From assembly GCA_963709535.1 (NCBI GenBank), contig CAVPWY010000019.1, positions 19,057 through 83,056 on the forward strand: a DNA stretch of 64,000 bases, in the 5' to 3' direction. This document shows positions 44,423 to 55,898 of this stretch, piece after piece. The notes under the pieces are model-generated. The model saw nothing but the letters and a program-made list of their open reading frames with translations, was not told where the DNA came from and made no database searches. A program made the position numbers and the translations under genes. Origin of the DNA: an uncultured Chloroflexia bacterium (GTDB taxonomy: Bacteria > Chloroflexota > Anaerolineae > Anaerolineales > Anaerolineaceae). Position 1 is the stretch's first letter. Every line of letters begins with the position of its first letter.

Positions 44423-45112
44423 TCATACCAGGTCTTGCCAGATATTCGTAACATATTTTGAATAGCGGCTGGAACGAGCAGGGAAATGAGACAGGACATC
44501 AGTGAGTTCAGAAAGCTTGCTTACCTCGCTTTTTAATTCAAGTATTACCTGTTTATCACCCGGCTGACAAAATCTGAGATTAGGGCAGGCTGTTAAGTAT
44601 TGATCATACCCCTTCATTCTTGAATCAATGGTCAGCCGCACCAGTTGATTAGCTGAAACATAATATTCCCGATAATAAACGGTAAGCAGCACCGGGCGGG
44701 TCACCGAAAGCAATTCTTTTACCACCCCGCTGGTTTCCAGCCGGATCTGATCCATAAACCTGGCCCAGCTGTTGTTTTCGAGGATAAGATCCGGCGCAAC
44801 CTTTTCGATCAACTTCCATCCTGCCGCCTCAGATTTATTTTTTACCTCCACCTGGCCATTATGAGCTATACCCAAGTTTTCTCCATACCAGCGATACCGT
44901 AATTTCCGGCGAACGGGTACGCCTGCAATATGGTCATTGAACGAGTCCAGGTCAGGCGTATCGAAGTAAATGCTGTTTACCCAGCGTGGAGGGTAGGCTG
45001 TGCGAAACCCTGCCGGATGCATCTGCACCCAACTGTGTAATTCAGGCAAAAATAGCTCTGAATAGGTTTGCTTGAGCTCATAACGTGTATCAAACCTGTC
45101 CACAACAGCCAT
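44423..45112 (-). CDS. VTC-domain (polyphosphate-polymerase-like/CYTH-like) protein
   Basis: YELKQTYSELFLPELHSW...SIYFDTPDL...RRKLRYRWYG matches VTC domain conservation. Confidence 0.7.
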   Translation of the reverse strand: MAVVDRFDTRYELKQTYSELFLPELHSWVQMHPAGFRTAYPPRWVNSIYFDTPDLDSFNDHIAGVPVRRKLRYRWYGENLGIAHNGQVEVKNKSEAAGWKLIEKVAPDLILENNSWARFMDQIRLETSGVVKELLSVTRPVLLTVYYREYYVSANQLVRLTIDSRMKGYDQYLTACPNLRFCQPGDKQVILELKSEVSKLSELTDVLSHFPARSSRYSKYVTNIWQDLV

Positions 45113-45142
45113 TAGTTCCCCAGGATCCCTTCTGCATATAAT

Positions 45143-47783
45143 TTATCCACATCCAAATCCTGCTGCGGCATGGTCTTGCCATTCAGTTGAATAGTGCTGT
45201 CCACCTGAACAACACATAATCTGCAGCGAGTCGCTGATGGTCACATTCTCTGCTGTAATGGTTGCCGGACCAAAAACAGGTTTTTTGATATAGGCGGCTA
45301 ATCCCGCATACCGGGCATTTTTAATTTCAGAATCGTTAATATTTACGCTTGATAGGTCCTTGCTCGCCACACCAATTCCAACTGTGTCCATGCTGATATT
45401 TTCAGCTTGGACCTGGCTGTTCTCGCCTATTGATAGTCCTTTGTCTGTGATATTTTCAATTTTCAAGTTGGATAGAGTAGCTTGAGTTCCGCTTACATCC
45501 ACAGCATCACCTTGAATGTCGTGGAAGTAGCAGTCTCTGATTTCACCGTTGGAAAAATCACTGTCAAAAGCATCCGCGAAGGTATTTTCAAATTCCGAAT
45601 TAATAAAAGTGAAGTGACCATGCACTACGTTGATGGCATCTTCTGTCTGGTTATTCCCGATAATGGCATGATCCAGGGTGATATCGCTGGCAAAAAAGGT
45701 GATTCCACCCGTGAGGATCCAGCCCTGGCGTGCGATGCCATGCGTCTGCTCGATCTTGGCATATTTCCAAAGTGATTCTTTCCCGGCATTTATGACCACC
45801 ACTCCGCCCCACCCTTTTTGCTGAATCCATGGCAGTGAATAGGATGGGGTCATTGGCTGTTCCCAGCAGGTTGACAGCACCTTGCGCCAGCAGCACTGCA
45901 CCTGGTTCGAACCGTAAAACGGTGCCTGGGGCTACTTGCAATGTAACATTCTCCGGGATGACCATATCTCCCTGAATATCCCACACACCGGGAGAGATCA
46001 GAAGTTGATCACCATTGGGCGAAGCAGAGAGAAATGGATACTTCGCCAATAACTCTTTTGTTCCAATCGTCTGAGGGAGTGGACCCATACTGATCTCTGC
46101 GGGGGTCATCACACCATTCAATGTGACCTTGATCTCCTGCTGCAAGCCGCCCAATCGAACGATAGCATCCAATTTTGGCAGGGATTTTGGATCCTTCCAT
46201 TTACTGGCATCGTTAAGTGGAATGGAATATTGGGCATGGTTTGGAACAGTATCACTGCCCTTATAAGATGAAAGTGTGGCCGGTTCAATTTTCCCGGTTT
46301 GGAGGGGATTGCCATCCACTTCAAAACCAATCACATCCACAGGTAAGGAGGAGATGTTGGTCAACTCCACCTGCAAGGCAACCGGGTTGGTGTCGCCGGG
46401 ATTAATACCACTGATCGAATAGGCACCCTTGACCGGGTTGGGAGGAGTAAACCATAAATTGAGGAAAGCCTGACGTTCGGTAAGTCTCTGCCAGTTCACA
46501 TCCAATCCCCCATGATCATATTCGACCTTAAGCGCCTGGGTGTAACTTTGCGCCTGGGAATTGTATTTCTGTTTCAAGATTTCAATATATCCGGGTCGGG
46601 TGATGCGGTAAAGTTCTTCAGCATATGCGCGTTTGATATCATCATCGTTGAAAATACTGTTGCCGGCATCAAAAATAAAGTTTTTAGTAGAGTCCATCTT
46701 GCATTCATCAAAAGGTATGGCATCAAACACCACCGGTTCCAGCCGGGTCGTGATGGGATTGTAATAAAAGCGCAGATTATGCCAGGTGGTCCCATGGCAG
46801 GCTGCCCACAAGTCCGAAATGGCAAAGAATCGTCCCATCAAACGAACATCAAATACCTGTGAGGCTGGTAATGTTCCATTTTCGTAAGATCGTAATAATG
46901 AACGGGCTGTCTCGGCTTCAGCGCTAAGCACCGGATCGAGCTGGATTTTGCCTGACTGGAAGCTTGAAATATCAGCAGTCTTTTCGGTGGTGGATGTCCA
47001 ACCGTCACCCATGAATCTGATACCGTTAGCAAAAAAATATGCCCACTTATCCCAGAGGTTTTCTTCATCAAAACGGATGATGACACCCTGGCGGCGACCC
47101 TGGCTTTCGATCAATTCGCCGGTAAAGTGCTCTTCAATGCCATAGATCCCCAAAAGTTTGCCATTCAGTAAAACATTAACAAAATGGTAACGGGTGGTGA
47201 GGATATTTTCTTCGATCAGATTTTGGTGGAAAGCCCACTCATACAAATAATTGCGGGTTTCAGGTGTCTGAATGGAAAATTGACGAAAACCCATCACCTG
47301 GTCATCACCCTTCAATTGGATGCGAAATGACCATTTATCTCCCTTAAGATGATCCACCCAATCACCCTTGAGGCGTATATCGGCATCCATTTTCGTGCCG
47401 TCATTTAATGCGACTGTTGCAGGAACAAGATCATCATCAGTGGTCTGAAGTATGCCTACCTTAAGAGCCTCGTCTCGTTTCTCAAGCATCTGGCGGTAAT
47501 ATTTGAATTTAAGGTCAATATATAGTGTGGGAAGTCCATTGTTCTGGTAAAGACGTAATTCGTCATTTATGTTTTTATCCGCAGTGGTGACAGCAGTTTG
47601 CACTTCAGCTTCGGTTTTTAAGCGTAATTTTCCAAGCAGACCCGACCGGTCGATCAGGATGCCGCCAGCGAAGGCAATTAAGGAAATTACGACAAAGAGT
47701 CCGATCAGTACAATGCGGTTTGGGAGCTTTTTTTGTGTACCGCTGGGAGCGGGCTTTACTTCATCCGGTTTGTGGAACTTCAT
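45143..47783 (-). CDS. CotH-family atypical kinase with C-terminal right-handed parallel beta-helix repeats, frameshifted at T5 45815..45819
   Basis: ORF 45651..47783 has an N-terminal TM helix and a large CotH-like domain. ORF 45143..45901 carries the beta-helix repeats. The frames join as ...FTAMDSAKGWGGVVVINAGK if one base is removed from the homopolymer. Confidence 0.65.
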
Positions 47784-47789
47784 ACTGCA

Positions 47790-48461
47790 TCAACCTCCAA
47801 GCAAGTTGCTTTGTTCCACAATACTGACAGAGCTGCCAGGGTAGAGTTTTCTGAGGGAATCCTGTGCCCGAATTAATTGTTCCTGGGAGCTGATATTAAT
47901 ATAGTAGGTTACTTGAAGGAGATCGCCGGAATGATCCATCCGGCGGAAGTCGAGTGTCTTAAATTCATTGAGCAGGTGGGCGTTGATCTCTGCAAACAGG
48001 TTTTCCCGTTCCTGGGTATCATGCACCTGGATATTGAGATATAGATTGTGCAGAGCTTTCCGGCGCTTGAAAACAAAAGCACGGACGAATAAGAAGGCCA
48101 TGATCACCACAACTGCCAGCAGGGTGGGCAGGCGCTGATCGGCTCCAAAACCAAGGCCGATGGCAATGGCCAGGAAAAGGAAGATGAGTTCTTCGGGGTC
48201 TTTGATGGCTGTGCGGAAACGCACGATCGAAAGAGCACCGACCAGTCCCAGTGAGAGAGCCAGGGATGATTTTACAATGGATATTACCAGCAGGGTAATG
48301 AGGGTAAGCACTGGCAGGATGGCGCCAAAATGCAGACGGTTGGAGAGTGAATTGCCATACTTAACGTAATACCAGGCGACAACGAGCGAAACCACAGTTC
48401 CAAGTGCCAGGTTGATCAGGAGAATTGGAAGCGAAAGGGGAGTAATTTGCGAAATATTCAT
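47790..48461 (-). CDS. DUF4956-domain membrane protein
   Basis: SLGLVGALSIVRFRTAIKDPEEL conserved core plus 4 TM helices; its stop overlaps the CotH start region, so the two form an operon. Confidence 0.7.
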   Translation of the reverse strand: MNISQITPLSLPILLINLALGTVVSLVVAWYYVKYGNSLSNRLHFGAILPVLTLITLLVISIVKSSLALSLGLVGALSIVRFRTAIKDPEELIFLFLAIAIGLGFGADQRLPTLLAVVVIMAFLFVRAFVFKRRKALHNLYLNIQVHDTQERENLFAEINAHLLNEFKTLDFRRMDHSGDLLQVTYYINISSQEQLIRAQDSLRKLYPGSSVSIVEQSNLLGG

Positions 48462-48653
48462 GCGGAGGTCCTTCTAAAGTAAGATAAATCATTATATACC
48501 AATTTTTTAAGCATTGATTGGATGGGAGATTTCTCACTAACCCCAAAATAACTTCAAAAAAATAATCTCTCATCATGCTTATGTACAACAAATCTGGAAT
48601 ATATATAATGATGAATAACCATTACAGCATTCAAACAAATGAGGTGGAGTAAA

Positions 48654-49037
48654 TATGAGTCCAGCCCGCATGTCACGATTAGAAACATCGATCCGCGTTG
48701 TGATCGAATTCAATGAAGCCTTCAATCGGCATGATATCAAAGCGATGATGCAGTTATGAGCGATGATTGCATCTTTGAAAACACCAATCCGGCTCCAGAT
48801 GGCACAATGATCAAGGGAAAAGATGCAGTTACTCAATTTTGGGAAGGCTTTTTCAGTGAATCCCCGCATGCACATATCGAGATAGAGGAGATCTTTAGCC
48901 TCAGCTTTCGTTGTGTGATGCGCTGGAAGTACACTTGGATGGATGCTTCAGGTAAAAGTGGACATGTCCGGGGTGTCGATATATTCAAAGTAACGAATGG
49001 TTTGATCAGCGAAAAGCTGTCGTACGTAAAGGGATAG
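48654..49037 (+). CDS. SnoaL/NTF2-like domain protein, frameshifted near 48755
   Basis: MSPARMSRLETSIRVVIEFNEAFNRHDIKAMMQL plus ORF 48756..49037 (...DAVTQFWEGFF...). Confidence 0.6.
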
Positions 49038-49041
49038 TGAG

Positions 49042-49469
49042 GTGGTCATGAAACAATCCATTGTGCATATTGCGCTGGTGGTCAGGGATTACGACGAAGC
49101 CATTGAGTTTTATACGAAGAAACTCCACTTTTCCCTGATTGAAGATACCTATCAACCGGAACAGGATAAACGCTGGGTCGTGGTATCTCCTCCCAACTCC
49201 AACGGCACTACTTTACTCCTGGCGAAAGCATCAAAACCGGAACAGCTGCCTTTTGTCGGCAATCAAACCGGGGGAGAGTGTTCCTTTTCCTGAACACAGA
49301 TGATTTCTGGAGGGATTATAACGAGATGGTCTCCAAAGGCATAAAATTCATCCGACCACCCAAAGAAGAATCATATGGTCTGGTTGCGGTTTTTGAAGAC
49401 CTGTATGGAAATTTATGGGACCTGCTTCAGCTCAATGACAACCATCCGCTTTCCGGGCGAAACAGCTGA
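49042..49469 (+). CDS. VOC (glyoxalase/bleomycin-resistance) family protein, frameshifted near 49285
   Basis: IVHIALVVRDYDEAIEFYTKKLHF plus ORF 49278..49469. Confidence 0.7.
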
Positions 49470-49533
49470 TAACCTGTTTACTAAGGAATATGTATAATAA
49501 TTCGCCAGACAGTGATTATTATAGAGGTTTATC

Positions 49534-50249
49534 ATGAAAATCCCCATCTTCCAGGTTGACGCTTTCACAGATAGATTATTCAGCGGCAATCCGGCGGCTG
49601 TCTGCCCGCTGGAGTCCTGGCTGCCGGATGAAACGATGCAAAAAATTGCCATGGAAAACTCGGTTGCTGAGACTGCATTTTTTGTTTCAACCGATGCTGG
49701 TTATGAAATCCGCTGGTTTACCCCGGATATTGAGCAGGATCTATGCGGACATGCCACTCTGGCAGCAGCCCACGTTATCGCCAGGCATCTCGACCCGACT
49801 CTTTCAACGATCCGGTTCCTATCGAGGAGTGGAGAGTTGACAGTGCTGGTTGAGAATGATTTGATCACACTAAACTTTCCTTCCCGCATACCTGTACCGG
49901 CAGCGGCCCCCAGGTAATTTTGGATGCCATTCAAGTCAAGCCATTGGAAGTGTTAAAATCGCGGGACTATTTGCTTGTATATGACGATGAAGAGATAATC
50001 CGCAACCTGAAGCCAAAACAAAGCATCCTGGACCAGATCAATCTCGATCCGGGAGGGGTGATCGTAACCGCACCGGGAAAGGAAGTTGATTTTGTCTCCC
50101 GGTTCTTTACGCCGCAGGCCAGCATTTTTGAAGACCCGGTTACCGGTTCTGCCCATTGCTCCCTCATTCCCTATTGGAGTAAAAGGCTGGGGAAGGAGTT
50201 GATGGTAGCGCTTGCAGCTATCAGCCCGTGGAGGAAAACTGTATTGTAA
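49534..50249 (+). CDS. PhzF-family isomerase-like protein, frameshifted near 49915
   Basis: IFQVDAFTDRLFSGNPAAV...ETAFF...CGHATLAAAHV in ORF 49534..49917; the second half-barrel is in ORF 49920..50249. Confidence 0.8.
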
Positions 50250-50351
50250 AGACCTGGGTGATAGAGTATTGATCTCTGGCGAAGCAGTCACTTATATGGA
50301 AGGACAAATTTCCATCTAAGCAGATTTTAGAAATCCGAATTTAATATAAAT

Positions 50352-50385
50352 AAAGTGCTCTGGTATCAAACCAGAGCACTTTTTA
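50352..50385. terminator. bidirectional rho-independent terminator
   Basis: aaagtgctctgg-tatcaa-accagagcacttttt; lies between convergent genes ending at 50249 and 50409. Confidence 0.75.
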
Positions 50386-50408
50386 GTTAGATATTAATGC
50401 AATATTTG

Positions 50409-51169
50409 TTAACCAACCTTGGTTCCACATTCAGGACAGAATTTTGCCCCTTTTGTTTCCGCGCCACAGTTGGAACAGAACCCGGCTTTTGGTGCAGCAC
50501 TCACAGGCTGCGCCGCAATTGGGGCAGAATTTAGCGCCATGGGTCTCCTCGCCGCACTTCGGACATTTTTCGGTTGCCGGCTGCACCATGGCGGTGCCGC
50601 ACTCCGGGCAGAATTTCGTACCGGGCGCTGCCAGTGTCCCGTCGTTCGGACAGCGGGCAGCCTGCGACGCAGCACTCTGGGCGGTTTTGGCAGCTTGCTG
50701 CACATTCTTCATCACATCTCCGAGACCAAATGCGCTCGCCAATCCTTTTAATGCCGCACCTGTCTGTTCGCCCCGTGGCTTCAGCGATCTCATTCGTTCG
50801 CGGACTATCTTCCTGGCAAAATCCGCTTTGGGTATCGAAATCAGATAAACAGACGATCCGGGAACAAGTCGGGCATTCGCGGAAGTTTACCTGGGTCTTC
50901 TTCCATGCGTTCTCCAGTTGGACTGGTGTCAGCTTCATACTGTAACGGGGATCTTCTCCAACCACATTATCAGCGACAGCATTTCCGAACAATGGCACCT
51001 TCCGAAGCAGACCGCCGGCAACTTGCCGTCCCAGGTCTTGTGCTACAGCGCCTCCCACATCCGGTTGGCTGCGGAATTCCCTTCCGCACGAGTCACAGTA
51101 GAAAATGGCGTATGGACCAATTCCATCATTTCGTATGTCATATCTTGGCATTCTGGAAAAATCAGTCAT
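50409..51169 (-). CDS. zinc-ribbon-rich protein (N-terminal Cys-motif domain plus at least five C-terminal CPxCG ribbons), two frameshifts
   Basis: ATG at 51169 with an AAGGAGA RBS (MTDFSRMPRY...FYCDSCG...CPTCS). It continues through ORF 50431..50793 (FCPECG, CPKCG, FCPNCG) and ORF 50409..50705 (FCSNCG, FCPECG). Confidence 0.6.
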
Positions 51170-51497
51170 TATATTCTCCTTGGAAGTAAGATTATTTTTG
51201 GCATTGTCATGTGTCATCGTTATTGACTACTTCGGAAAGACGCTTTTAATTATATAGTACGTCCAGCAAGAAGTGAAATCAGGATTGCAAATGGATTTCT
51301 ACGGAGAGACGTTCAAATAACTGGTGTTTGCCCTGTGGTTCCAGAAGTAGTAATATTTTACTAAAGTCATTGTTAATTAGGATGGTTCTTCTACGGTGAA
51401 ACCGACTGATACGCAATAATTCAACCAACCAATTTGATTGGCTTTTACAACACCCCACACTGCATCGAGAATTCACCTTGTTGTAAGGAGGGTCTTA

Positions 51498-52136
51498 TGA
51501 AGAAACGAATTTTGATTCTGGTTGGATTCTTAATTCTCACCACCCTTGCCTGCCGTTTGTCCACTCCATCGCAGCAAACTGTTATTGCCCCCACCGTTAT
51601 CCCAACCTTACCCCCACCCCACCAGAGCCCTACAGACACCTTGGTGGTCGTGGATGAGACGCGCGTCTTCGAACACGAAAAGTTCAGTTTCACGATCCCT
51701 TCCGATTGGAAAACACAGGAAGAAGTCTGGGGAGCAACCGATGCCTGCTGATGCTGATTATTACGGCCTCGGGTTGACCACATTGATCACAATTCAAACT
51801 CCTCCCGGTAAAGGCGAAGGTAGGGCTTTCTTCAGTGTGGCATCCTCCCCACTGGCTGGCGGGGTCGACCTGGAAGGCCGTTTCAATATGGCTTATGAAA
51901 ATCCAATGCCGGAAATTAAAGATGCAAGCCGGCAGGCTTTTGAACGTGATGGATTATCCGGATTTGAAATTACTTACGACCGCCCGTGGGGTGAACCCTG
52001 GTGGCGTTTTCACGATATCTGGTTGGAAAAGGACGCAGTGATCTATATGCTGTCTTTTCAATCTTCACCCTACTCATTTGATTCATTTGCGGACCAATTT
52101 GACATGATAGTCGATAGTTTTAAATTTATTGATTAG
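51498..52136 (+). CDS. lipoprotein, unknown function, frameshifted near 51740
   Basis: MKKRILILVGFLILTTLAC lipobox, then ORF 51546..52136. Confidence 0.55.
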
Positions 52137-52200
52137 ATTGAATAACACAAAATGGATGGGTACTTTCTTAATTTACTAAATACTTTCATCCGGGGGTAAA

Positions 52201-52626
52201 ATGGGCGGATCTAATTCAGAAATTACCATTTCCATCATTCTTGGTTCAGTGTTCGTATTTGCACTCCTATGTGGAATTATTGCCTGGACTACCCGGAAAA
52301 GTTTTATCTGGCGGAAAACAGAATCTCCAAAATTGTGGCTGCTTTTTGTAATTGCCTTTTTACAAATTCTCCTTGGCGTGATCATCGTTTTGGCCGTCAA
52401 AGCAATCAATAATAATCCTGTCATTGCCTTTGGATCCGGTCTGGTGATGCTTATTCTATCCGGATACTTCTGGATAAAGATCTTTCTCAAACAAAGCTGG
52501 AAGCATTCTCTGCGTTTATGGTCATATGCGGCCGGTATGCAATTGGTTCTCCTGCCGGTTTGTGCTGCGGCTGTGACCATCATCTGGTTAATGCTGACAT
52601 TCACATTATTCCCTCCCCTGTTATGA
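52201..52626 (+). CDS. small membrane protein (4 TM)
   Basis: 141-aa hydrophobic ORF. Confidence 0.5.
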   Translation: MGGSNSEITISIILGSVFVFALLCGIIAWTTRKSFIWRKTESPKLWLLFVIAFLQILLGVIIVLAVKAINNNPVIAFGSGLVMLILSGYFWIKIFLKQSWKHSLRLWSYAAGMQLVLLPVCAAAVTIIWLMLTFTLFPPLL

Positions 52627-52768
52627 TCCGGGATAATTTACATCGAGCCTGATTCGCAAAGTCTCGTAATTAAGGCAAAATCCAATTCATTAACCCCTTG
52701 ACAAATGATATATTTGTTTCTATAATGACTGAGTAGTCAGTTATTATAGAAAATAAAGCGAGGTAACC

Positions 52769-53360
52769 ATGATGGTCCGGGAACTAAATTCTGAAAAACG
52801 CGAGCGTTTTTTAAATGCTGCCCTCAAGCTGTTTACTCAAAACGGCATCCAAAACACCATCCACCGCGGAGATCGCCAGAGCTGCCGGCACTGCCTCTGG
52901 TACCCTGTTCTTATACTTCCCTACCAAGATCCAACTGATCAATGAGTTGGTCTTGATGATCACCAAACAGGAATCCGAGCATATCAATAGTCTGCTGGAT
53001 CCTTCCCTGTCTGTGCGGGATACATTCTTCACCATCTGGAATGGATCCATTCGCTGGTTATTGGAACACCCGGAAGCCTATCAATACTCTCAACAGGTCC
53101 GGGATACAACCTTGATCTCTGCTGAAACCACGCTGGAATCAGGTAAGAATTTTAGTTTTTATTACGAAGCCATTCAAAAAGGCCTCAACGAAGGCAATAT
53201 TAAGCCTTATCCTGTCGACCTCATCGGTGGTTATCTGTACCAGGATATTGTCGCAGTAATGAACCACATCCGGTTGCTATCTGACCCGGGCAAAGTGGAT
53301 GAAGCCATCCATCAGGGCTTTGAACTCTTTTGGGATGGAATAAGTATTACGAAAGGCTAA
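52769..53360 (+). CDS. TetR/AcrR family transcriptional regulator, frameshifted near 52855
   Basis: ATG at 52769 (MMVRELNSEKRERFLNAALKLFTQNGIQNT) then STAEIARAAGTASGTLFLYFPTK HTH in ORF 52815..53360. Confidence 0.7.
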
Positions 53361-53377
53361 AAGAAATAGGAAAGGAA

Positions 53378-54397
53378 ATGAAATACAAAAGTGTAATCGT
53401 AACAAGAATTGGGGGACCGGAGGTCCTCCAGGTCGTGGATAATGAACTGCGGGCGCCATCAGCTAAGGAAGTATGTATAAAGGTTCTCGCTGCGTCAGTT
53501 TGCCGCCCGGATATAACCGTTCGAACGGGTGAAGGTTTCTATAGCGGTACCCCGTTAGGACAGAAGATCCCATTTGTGCCGGGTTATTCCATCATTGGAG
53601 ATGTGGTAGCAATTGGCAAAGATGTTGTCGAAGCAGCCGTTGGGGACCGGGTGGGTGCCTTAACGGTTGTTGGCGGCTACAGTGAATATTTATATTGGAA
53701 AAGCGATCGCCTGATTCCTGTGCCCGCTTCACTCGATCCAGCCAAAGCCGTCACGCTCATCCTGAATTATATTGTGGCATACCAGAGCATGCATCGTTCT
53801 GTGCGGGTTAGATCCGGTGAAAAAGTGCTTATCATCGGCGCCAGCGGTGGAATTGGTACAGCTTTGCTGCAGCTTGGTAAACTGGCCGATCTGAAAATGT
53901 ATGGATTAGCTTCACCCGGCAAACACTCCATCCTCGCAAAATACGGGGCAACCCCGGTCGATTACCGATCCCAGGATTTTGTTGAAGAGATCCGTCGCAT
54001 GGAACCGGATGGGCTGGATGTTGTCTTTGATGGGATGATGCGAATGGACTATATCCGCAGTGGATTATCCCTTTTACGGCGGGGAGGCAGATTGGTAAGC
54101 TTCGGTGAACCTGATGGCTTTTCCACCATGTTTCAAATCCTCGGAACCTCACTTAAAGTTAACCTGCTGCCGGGTAAGAAATCTTTCAAGTTGTATGGAA
54201 CCTCTTTCTATTTTGTGGGAGACAAAAAACCATTTTACGAAGATTGGGCGATCCTCTTCAACCTGCTGAATGAAGGCAAAATTGACCCGATCATCGAAGA
54301 GAAATATCCCATTTTGGATGCAGCCCGGGCCAATTTCCGGTTGGAAAGCGGGAAGGTGATCGGCAACCTGGTCCTTCTTTCCCCGGAATTATTGTAG
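53378..54397 (+). CDS. MDR-superfamily NAD(P)H-dependent oxidoreductase (quinone oxidoreductase/zinc ADH-like)
   Basis: GGPEVLQV..., a GASGGIGTALLQL Rossmann motif and an AAASVCRPD segment. Confidence 0.85.
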   Translation: MKYKSVIVTRIGGPEVLQVVDNELRAPSAKEVCIKVLAASVCRPDITVRTGEGFYSGTPLGQKIPFVPGYSIIGDVVAIGKDVVEAAVGDRVGALTVVGGYSEYLYWKSDRLIPVPASLDPAKAVTLILNYIVAYQSMHRSVRVRSGEKVLIIGASGGIGTALLQLGKLADLKMYGLASPGKHSILAKYGATPVDYRSQDFVEEIRRMEPDGLDVVFDGMMRMDYIRSGLSLLRRGGRLVSFGEPDGFSTMFQILGTSLKVNLLPGKKSFKLYGTSFYFVGDKKPFYEDWAILFNLLNEGKIDPIIEEKYPILDAARANFRLESGKVIGNLVLLSPELL

Positions 54398-54441
54398 TTT
54401 TAAAACTGTTCATCAATTGTTTTTTATATAAGGAAAATGAA

Positions 54442-54810
54442 ATGAATCAAAAATTGTTGTTTGCAGGATTATTTCTGTTGTTTATCATCCTTTCCGGCAT
54501 TTGGTTGAGCCGTACAGGCAGACCGCTCAGTGTGTTGATCCTTACGCTTCACAAATTGATCTCGCTGGGAGCAGTTGTCTTCCTGGCCATCACCGTTTAC
54601 AGAATTCACCAGGTCACTCCGCTTAGTCCGGTGGAACTTGGCGTTAGCGTTCTTACCCTCCTGTTTTTCATTGCCCTGTTCGCCACAGGTGGAATGTTGA
54701 GCACCGCCAAAACCATGCCTGCGGTGATCCTCAAGATCCACCAGATCACGCCGTTCCTGGTGGTTCTTTCCACCAGTGCCACCCTTTACCTGGTGCTGTT
54801 TCGAAGATAA
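54442..54810 (+). CDS. small membrane protein (4 TM)
   Basis: 122-aa hydrophobic ORF. Confidence 0.5.
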   Translation: MNQKLLFAGLFLLFIILSGIWLSRTGRPLSVLILTLHKLISLGAVVFLAITVYRIHQVTPLSPVELGVSVLTLLFFIALFATGGMLSTAKTMPAVILKIHQITPFLVVLSTSATLYLVLFRR

Positions 54811-54929
54811 TAAGCAAATAAATTCTTTCTGGTCTACGAAGCGTTATCCAACAGGATGGCGCTTTTTGATTTAAGAACGCTATAATTAAGTAGATTCTTT
54901 TGAATGATCAGATGGGGAAAGGGGTAAAT

Positions 54930-55895
54930 ATGAATGTTAAATTTGGGATCATTGGCCCGGGTCGAATCTCTTCGCGTTTTGCCAGAGTAGTAAATACCAT
55001 GGAAGGTGTTGAGCTGGTTTCAGTGGCCTCCACTGATCAGTCCCGTGCGGATGCATTTGCCAAAAATTTCGGGGTGAAAAAAGCATATCACAACTACCTG
55101 GATGTGATCACAGACAACCAGGTGGATATCATCTACGTCGGTCTCACCCATAACTTTCATTATGGAGTCGTCAAGTTATGCCTGGAGCACCATAAAGCGG
55201 TTTTGTGCGAAAAACCCCTGGTCATCACCCAGCAGGACGCAGAAGAATTGACGGCCTTGGCTGCGAAGAATAAGACCCTCCTGATGGAAGCCATGTGGAC
55301 GCGCTGTTTGCCGGCTTTTCTGAAAGCCAAAGAGTGGGTCAAAGCCGGCAGGATCGGGCAGGTAAAGCTGATCACCGCCAATTTTTGCTATCAAAAAGAA
55401 TATGACCCTGAAAATCGCCAGTTCAACCCCAAACTGGCTGGCGGCGGCCTGTACGATGTGGGCATCTATCCGATCAATTTTGCAGCGGGTATCCTGGCAG
55501 AATACCCCGATGAGGTCAATGGCCTGGCAAAGATATCCCCGTCAGGAGTGGATGAACTGTCTGTGATCTCGATGAGCTTTCCGGGTGGAGCCCTGGCTTA
55601 CCTGGCCTGCGGATTCACGGTTGAGGCAAAGGACGAAGCCGTGATCTATGGCACCGGCGGGCACATTGTCCTCGAAAACTGCTTCGGTCCGCAGAAATGC
55701 GACCTGTACAACAAGGAAGGCCGGCTGATCGACCAGTTTTTTGAACCGGTGGCGGATGGTTTTGCCTACGAGATCCGCCATTGTGCCGATCTTTTCCTGC
55801 AGGGAAAAGTGGAAAGCGATCTGATTCCCTGGCAGGATACCATCAACTGCACCGGGATCTTCGATACACTGATGAAACAATGGAAATTGAGGTAA
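54930..55895 (+). CDS. Gfo/Idh/MocA-family oxidoreductase
   Basis: VKFGIIGPGRISSRF N-terminal Rossmann motif and an EKP motif (CEKPLVIT); the ATG at 54930 follows AAAGGGG. Confidence 0.8.
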   Translation: MNVKFGIIGPGRISSRFARVVNTMEGVELVSVASTDQSRADAFAKNFGVKKAYHNYLDVITDNQVDIIYVGLTHNFHYGVVKLCLEHHKAVLCEKPLVITQQDAEELTALAAKNKTLLMEAMWTRCLPAFLKAKEWVKAGRIGQVKLITANFCYQKEYDPENRQFNPKLAGGGLYDVGIYPINFAAGILAEYPDEVNGLAKISPSGVDELSVISMSFPGGALAYLACGFTVEAKDEAVIYGTGGHIVLENCFGPQKCDLYNKEGRLIDQFFEPVADGFAYEIRHCADLFLQGKVESDLIPWQDTINCTGIFDTLMKQWKLR

Positions 55896-55898
55896 GCC

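Noticed and set aside
50419-50945. Plus-strand ORFs 50419..50751, 50444..50848 and 50574..50945
   Set aside because: They are antisense shadows of the GC-rich zinc-ribbon gene, and the repetitive Ala/Pro translations have no motif.
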